Source: an uncultured Haloferula sp. (lineage in GTDB: Bacteria; Verrucomicrobiota; Verrucomicrobiia; Verrucomicrobiales; Akkermansiaceae). Taken from it: DNA of 64,000 bases. The stretch is from positions 1 through 64,000 of the forward strand of contig CBFGTS010000010.1 in the NCBI GenBank assembly GCA_965652295.1. The letters run 5' to 3'. The notes under the pieces were generated by a model. That model saw nothing but the letters and a program-made list of their open reading frames with translations, had not been told where the DNA came from and did no database searches. Position numbers and translations under genes: made by a program. Numbering within the stretch: position 1 is the stretch's first letter; each line of letters opens with the position of its first letter. This document shows, piece after piece, positions 58,618 to 64,000 of this stretch.

Positions 58618-61600
58618 ATGATACCCCAGCTTTCCCTGGGCGCCGCGCTCCCCATCGCGGCGCTCTTCGCTTACCCATGTCTCTCGACCGCCGCCGAGTT
58701 GGTCGATCTCGATGCCTCCAGCCTTTCCCCCGGCACCCTGGCCTCCTGGTCGAATCAAGGGACTCTGGGGGGCGATTTCCTGCAGGGACAGAGTTTCCGC
58801 CGGCCTGAGGTGGAGGATGTCCTTGGGATCCAGGGAGTGACGTTCGATGGCAGCAGTGACCACCTGATCGGGCCGGTGGCTCCCGAGTCGCTCAACGGGA
58901 ACGGCGACCGGACGGTGATCGCCTGGGTTTACAACGCCGACGTGGGCCCGGAAGAAACGATTGTTTCCTGGGGCCGCCGCGACGGTCCGGATCGCAGTTT
59001 GTCGGCCTTTTTCCACGGTTCCCACGATACCTGGGGCTGCTTCGGGGGATGGGGCGTGGCCGATGTCGGCTGGGCAAACCAGGAGAAGCCGGGCGTGTGG
59101 ACCTGCTGTACCTTTGTCTACGACAGCAGCAGCGGGATGTTCCGCGCCTACACGGACGGACGGCTTTCGACGAGCAAGTCGATAGGACCGCTGGCGACCT
59201 GGTCGGCGGATACCTCCGGCGATTCCCTACGTCTCCGGCTGGCCGCGCAATCGGCACCGAATGGCAACACGACCTACATCAACGGCGGCATGACGATCGC
59301 CCGGCTGCGGGTTCATGACACGGCTTTCACCGAAGCCGAGGTGGTGAACGAGTTCGTGGCGGAGGCCCCGGATTTCGGGCTCGCGGCGTTCTTCATCGTG
59401 AACTTCGCGGCCGACAACACCACGATCTATGCGGGCGAATCCGCGGATCTCTCCTGGGAGGTGGAGGGGGCGGCGACCGTGACCATGACGCCCCCGGTTG
59501 ATCTTTCCGGCGGGAGTCCGGTGACGGTCTCTCCGACGCAAACGACCGAATACATCCTGACGGCATCCGACGGGGCGCAGGAACTGACGTCGTCCGTCAC
59601 CATCCAGGTGCTTCCCGGAGTGCCGGTGGCGGAAGACGGGCATCTGGTCGTTGTGCAGGACTCCTCCGCCGAGATCACGCTGGTCGCGGACGATCCGAAC
59701 GATCCGGTCGCCTCGTTGGCTTGGGAGATCGTGGATGCTCCTGTGCATGGCACCCTTTCGGGGACGGCCCCGGCGCTGACCTACACGCCGGCGGCGGGAT
59801 ACAGCGGGACGGATTCCTTCACCTTCCGCGTGGGCGATGGAGTGAACCTGTCGAATGTGGCCACGGTTTCGATCACCATCGATCCTCCACCGTCCGCGCC
59901 GGCGCTGGTGGAGTTCTCGGAAGGTTCGATCTCGACCTTGTCGGTGTCCGGAAGTTTTCTCGGAAACCTGACCGCCCAGGACCCGAACTACGGGGACACC
60001 CATACCTTCGAACTCGTCGCCGGCGTGGGAGATGACGACAACGCCATGTTTTCGATCGTGGGCAATCAACTGCTCGCGACCGGCAGCTTCGCCGGCCAGG
60101 GAGGCACGGATTTTTCGATCCGTATCCGGGTGACCGATGCTGGCGGCCTGACCTACGAACAGGTGCTGACGCTCACCGCCGAGGTGCCTTCCGAAACGGT
60201 GGTCATCAACGAAATCCACTACGATCCGGAAGACAACCGGCCATTGGAATTTGTGGAAATCCACAACCCGACGGCGGCGGAGATCGATATGTCCGGCTGG
60301 CAGTTCACCTCCGGAATTGATTTCACCTTCCCCGCCTTCTCGCAGATCGGACCGGGCGGCTATCTGGTGGTGGCGATCGATCCCGCGGCCTTCGAGCAGC
60401 AGTACGGGTTTACGCCGCTTGGGCCGTATGACGGCAAGTTGTCGGGCGATGGTGAGGAAGTCGTGCTGGCCGACGGAGCGGGCAACGTGATGGACTCGGT
60501 GGATTACGGCAGCACCTTTCCGTGGCCCATCGCCGCGGGCGGGGATGGATCCTCGATGGAGCTGATCCATCCGCAGCTCGACAACGATCTGGCGGGTTCG
60601 TGGCGGAGTTCCGGAGCGGCGGGGAGTTTTCCCGAACTGACCTACATCGATCGTGCGGCGGGAGGCTGGAGTTGGCGTCCGGGATCGACGGAGGCCTCGA
60701 GCCCGATCGATGCCTGGCGGCAGAACGGTTTCGTGGAAGACGGCACCTGGCAGACCGCGCAGGCTCCGATCGGTTACGGCGAGATCTCCAGCGGGGCGGG
60801 GATCCTTTCGCTGAACACCGTGATCAGTGGCATGCAGAACGACTACCGCTGCATTTTCCTGCGGAAAACGTTCACGATCGAGCCCGGCGAGGTGCCCGCC
60901 AATCTCTCTCTTCGCTTCTCGAAGGACGACGGCGCGCTCATTTGGATCAATGGCGTGCTGGTCGCCTCGCGAAACATGCTGACCACGGATCCGACGATCG
61001 ACACCTTCGCTGCGAGCGATAGCGACACGGAGGGGCTATGGTATGAAGAGCCGATCACCAACGCGACGACCTTCCTCGTGGAGGGGCAAAACACCGTGGC
61101 GGTGCAGGTTTTCAACGGCACCTTGGGCAGCTCCGATCTGGGCTTCGATCTGGAACTCATCCGCCCGGCGGGCGAGCTGACTTTTCAGCCCACTCCCGGG
61201 GCGCGCAACACGGTGCGCTCCCCGACGGCACCACCGCAGCTTCGCCAGGTATCCCATGAGTCCGAACAGCCGGCATCCGGCGAGCCGGTCAAGATCACGG
61301 TCAAAGCCACCGATCCGCAGGGGATCGGCGAGGTCCGGCTGCTTTACCAACTCGTCGAGCCCGGAGCCTACATTCCCGCCCGATTTCCGCGCACCGTCAC
61401 CGAGATCCTCGCGGATCCCCAGGGCGAGCGTCCGGAGAACCCGGAGTTCGAGGACCCGGCGAACTGGGTTTCGGTGACGATGGTTGATGACGGCTCGGCG
61501 GGCGATACCACCGCCGGCGACGGGGTGTTCACGGCGATGATCCCGGGACAAATCCACCGGACCCTGGTGCGCTACCGGATCGAGGCGGAGGACCTCCCCG

Positions 61601-64000
61601 GCGAGAGCGTGCGGGTGCCCTATGCCGACGATGCTTCGCTGAACTTCGCCTACTTCGTTTACGATGGTGTGCCTGACTATGTTGCCGCCTCCGCCTCGGT
61701 CGATGGTGGGTCGGGGAAGGTGTGGCCGAAGGAAATGCTGACGGCGCTGCCGGTGTATCACTGGCTTGCCCGCCATGAGGACATGATGAGCCTCCAAGCC
61801 TACAACTCCTGGGAGCAGTTTCCCAACACCGGTGACGACAATGTGCTGCTCGCCCGACGGGCGGAGGAGTGGGAGGGCGCTCTGGTTTACAACGGCAGGG
61901 TGTATGACCACGTCGTCACCCGCCTGCGGGGCGGAAACAGCCGTTACGGAGACTTCGACGGGCGTTTTCCGAACGGGAAGCGCCATTACAAATTCCGCTT
62001 CCACCGCGGACACTATTTCCAAGCCGCCAATCAGAAGGGCGAGCCTTACCCGGCGAAATGGAAGCGGATGTCCTTCAACCGTATGTTCGGCACCAAAGGA
62101 GGGAACAACTGGGGGATGCCCGAGGAAATCGGCTCGACCTTGTGGCGGACCTTCGGCGTGCCGGCGGCGTTCACCCACTGGATCCATTTCCGGGTCATCG
62201 ATGACAGCGAGGAAGCGCCGGACCAATACAACGGCGACTTCTGGGGCCTGACCCAGGCGGTCGAAGAGTATGAAAGCGGCTTCCTCGACAACCACGGGAT
62301 GGAAAAGGGGAACCTCTATAAAATGTCCGACTGGATCTGGGACGCGGACCGGCAGCGGCGCTACCAATCACCTGAGATGGTCGCGGATGGCACCGAGTTC
62401 AACAACATCCGCGACAACCTCCATGGTGCCCAGGACGCGGCATGGTTGCAGGAGTATGTGAACTACGGCAAGTGGTACCGCTACTCCGCCGTCGCCGAAG
62501 GCATCCGGCACTACGACATCTTCCCGTACATCCATGAGGACGTCCGGCACGCGATGAAGAACCTCGCATGGTATTTCGAGCCGACCGGCTCCGATCCATC
62601 GCGGGGGCTGTGTTGGTTTCTTCCTTACGACTGGGATGCGAGCTTCGGCCCGAACTTCAACAACGGCTGGGAGCACGCCAACAACGCGCTCTACGGCTGG
62701 GACATGTCCACCAACTCGGCTCCGGCCGGAGCGACTTACGTGGACAAGCCGGAGATGAAGCTCGAGCACCGCAACGTCCTGCGCGAGTTCCGGGATCTGA
62801 TCTGGCAGGAGGATCAGCTGAACGAGCTGATGGACGATCGCGCCGCGGTGATCGCCGAGTTTTTCAAGGCGGACATGGATCGTTGGCGCAACGCCCCGAC
62901 CAGTGCGGGCACGGGCAACGACGATCCCCTGCTGTCGCTTCCCGGCTTTGGCTTCAACAAGCTGGAGGACATGAAGAATTTCTGCTTCACGGGTTGGTCG
63001 GGTTCGTCGGGTCCGACGGTTGGGGCCGGAGGGCGCGGCGCGCACTTGGACAATCGCGCGGACGCCCCGGATGCGGGGCTTCTTCCAGCCACGCCGACCA
63101 TCGCCTACACCGGTTCGCCGGACCATTCGCTCAACGGCCTTTCATTCCAAACCGGGGCTTTCTCCGATCCCCAGGGCAGCGGGACCTTCGCCGCCATGGA
63201 ATGGCGGATCGGCGAGATCGAGGACCCCACCGCTCCCGCCTGGGAAGAGGAGGATGATTTCATCATGGAATACACGCCGGTGTGGCTGTCCGGGGAAATC
63301 ACGACTTATCAAAACTCGATCTCGGTGCCGGCTGGAGCGACCAAGCCCGGCCACACCTACCGGGCGCGGGTCCGCATGAAGGACAACACCGGTCGCTGGA
63401 GTCACTGGTCGGCACCGTATGAGTTCACCACGACCGCGCCGGACGATCTGGCCGACTTGCAACAGAACCTGATGATCACGGAGGTGATGTACAATCCTCC
63501 CGGGCCACCACCCGCCAGTGGTGACGAGCAGGACTTCGAATATGTCGAACTCCAGAACATCAGTGACAGCCTCACGCTGGACCTCACCAACGTGAGATTC
63601 ACGAAAGGGGCGGACTTCGATTTCGCGGGCTCCGCCATCACCAGTCTGGCTCCGGGTGAGTATGTGTTGGTGGTGAAAAGCCTCGCTGCTTTCGAAGAGA
63701 GATACGGCACCGGACTCCCGGTCGCCGGCGAGTGGGACGTCACGCAGAACCTTTCCAACGGCGGAGAGCAGATCAAGCTGTCGTACGGAGCGGGAACGGC
63801 GATCCATGATTTCACCTACGATGACGCCGCGCCGTGGCCGACGGAGCCGGATGGAAACGGACCGGCGATGCTGTTGATCGATCCGTCGTCGGCACCGGAT
63901 CATACGCTTCCCCAGAGCTGGACTTCCGGAGATCCGAGCCCGGGCGGGTCCGGGATCGCGCCCGACCTGTTTGCCGACTGGCTGGCGGTGCAAGGTGCCT
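58618..64000 (+). CDS. Large secreted protein, 3'-partial (>1790 aa): LamG, Ig/cadherin-like, lamin-tail, CotH-kinase-like, lamin-tail
   Basis: Absent from the ORF track because it runs off the window. Reads MIPQLSLGAALP...; VVINEIHYDP, RLRGGNSRY, FLPYDWDASFG, LMITEVMYNP; still in frame at the end (PDLFADWLAVQGA). Confidence 0.85.
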   Translation, partial: MIPQLSLGAALPIAALFAYPCLSTAAELVDLDASSLSPGTLASWSNQGTLGGDFLQGQSFRRPEVEDVLGIQGVTFDGSSDHLIGPVAPESLNGNGDRTVIAWVYNADVGPEETIVSWGRRDGPDRSLSAFFHGSHDTWGCFGGWGVADVGWANQEKPGVWTCCTFVYDSSSGMFRAYTDGRLSTSKSIGPLATWSADTSGDSLRLRLAAQSAPNGNTTYINGGMTIARLRVHDTAFTEAEVVNEFVAEAPDFGLAAFFIVNFAADNTTIYAGESADLSWEVEGAATVTMTPPVDLSGGSPVTVSPTQTTEYILTASDGAQELTSSVTIQVLPGVPVAEDGHLVVVQDSSAEITLVADDPNDPVASLAWEIVDAPVHGTLSGTAPALTYTPAAGYSGTDSFTFRVGDGVNLSNVATVSITIDPPPSAPALVEFSEGSISTLSVSGSFLGNLTAQDPNYGDTHTFELVAGVGDDDNAMFSIVGNQLLATGSFAGQGGTDFSIRIRVTDAGGLTYEQVLTLTAEVPSETVVINEIHYDPEDNRPLEFVEIHNPTAAEIDMSGWQFTSGIDFTFPAFSQIGPGGYLVVAIDPAAFEQQYGFTPLGPYDGKLSGDGEEVVLADGAGNVMDSVDYGSTFPWPIAAGGDGSSMELIHPQLDNDLAGSWRSSGAAGSFPELTYIDRAAGGWSWRPGSTEASSPIDAWRQNGFVEDGTWQTAQAPIGYGEISSGAGILSLNTVISGMQNDYRCIFLRKTFTIEPGEVPANLSLRFSKDDGALIWINGVLVASRNMLTTDPTIDTFAASDSDTEGLWYEEPITNATTFLVEGQNTVAVQVFNGTLGSSDLGFDLELIRPAGELTFQPTPGARNTVRSPTAPPQLRQVSHESEQPASGEPVKITVKATDPQGIGEVRLLYQLVEPGAYIPARFPRTVTEILADPQGERPENPEFEDPANWVSVTMVDDGSAGDTTAGDGVFTAMIPGQIHRTLVRYRIEAEDLPGESVRVPYADDASLNFAYFVYDGVPDYVAASASVDGGSGKVWPKEMLTALPVYHWLARHEDMMSLQAYNSWEQFPNTGDDNVLLARRAEEWEGALVYNGRVYDHVVTRLRGGNSRYGDFDGRFPNGKRHYKFRFHRGHYFQAANQKGEPYPAKWKRMSFNRMFGTKGGNNWGMPEEIGSTLWRTFGVPAAFTHWIHFRVIDDSEEAPDQYNGDFWGLTQAVEEYESGFLDNHGMEKGNLYKMSDWIWDADRQRRYQSPEMVADGTEFNNIRDNLHGAQDAAWLQEYVNYGKWYRYSAVAEGIRHYDIFPYIHEDVRHAMKNLAWYFEPTGSDPSRGLCWFLPYDWDASFGPNFNNGWEHANNALYGWDMSTNSAPAGATYVDKPEMKLEHRNVLREFRDLIWQEDQLNELMDDRAAVIAEFFKADMDRWRNAPTSAGTGNDDPLLSLPGFGFNKLEDMKNFCFTGWSGSSGPTVGAGGRGAHLDNRADAPDAGLLPATPTIAYTGSPDHSLNGLSFQTGAFSDPQGSGTFAAMEWRIGEIEDPTAPAWEEEDDFIMEYTPVWLSGEITTYQNSISVPAGATKPGHTYRARVRMKDNTGRWSHWSAPYEFTTTAPDDLADLQQNLMITEVMYNPPGPPPASGDEQDFEYVELQNISDSLTLDLTNVRFTKGADFDFAGSAITSLAPGEYVLVVKSLAAFEERYGTGLPVAGEWDVTQNLSNGGEQIKLSYGAGTAIHDFTYDDAAPWPTEPDGNGPAMLLIDPSSAPDHTLPQSWTSGDPSPGGSGIAPDLFADWLAVQGA

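Overview
This is a high-GC bacterial chromosome segment. A PEP-CTERM protein, lamin-tail/CotH/LamG giant secreted proteins and C-terminal 'FxRL' tails point to Verrucomicrobiota (Luteolibacter/Haloferula-like); the taxon is inferred. From left to right it holds: (1) the end of a low-GC island (receiver protein plus histidine kinase) and an orphan wHTH gene; (2) dinB, a hydrolase, SprT, DUF58/transglutaminase, yciF and a frameshifted isochorismatase-family remnant; (3) a DoxX / Tat oxidoreductase / lipoprotein operon; (4) a malonate locus (madL-madM-matB plus a GntR regulator); (5) a glutathione peroxidase and a 1670-aa metalloprotease-LamG protein; (6) a complete Wadjet jetABCD operon with short tandem repeats in its spacers, preceded by two long hairpins, one resembling 6S RNA; (7) GH43/GH51/GH43 arabinan genes; (8) a tRNA-3'-end att-like scar followed by a Tes/MJ0619-like radical SAM, a small membrane protein and a divergent Lgt; (9) GH76, a PL42/GH145-like enzyme, two CotH-kinase proteins, fused AhbAB, GH28 and PfpI. 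There are two best candidates for undescribed systems. One is the malonate regulon, where three TTGTATACAA operators also cover a secreted SGNH esterase and a PEP-CTERM protein that share an uncharacterised domain (possible malonyl-ester scavenging). The other is the Tes-like radical SAM/Lgt-like lipid-modification operon. No database searches were run; all family calls come from motif recognition.
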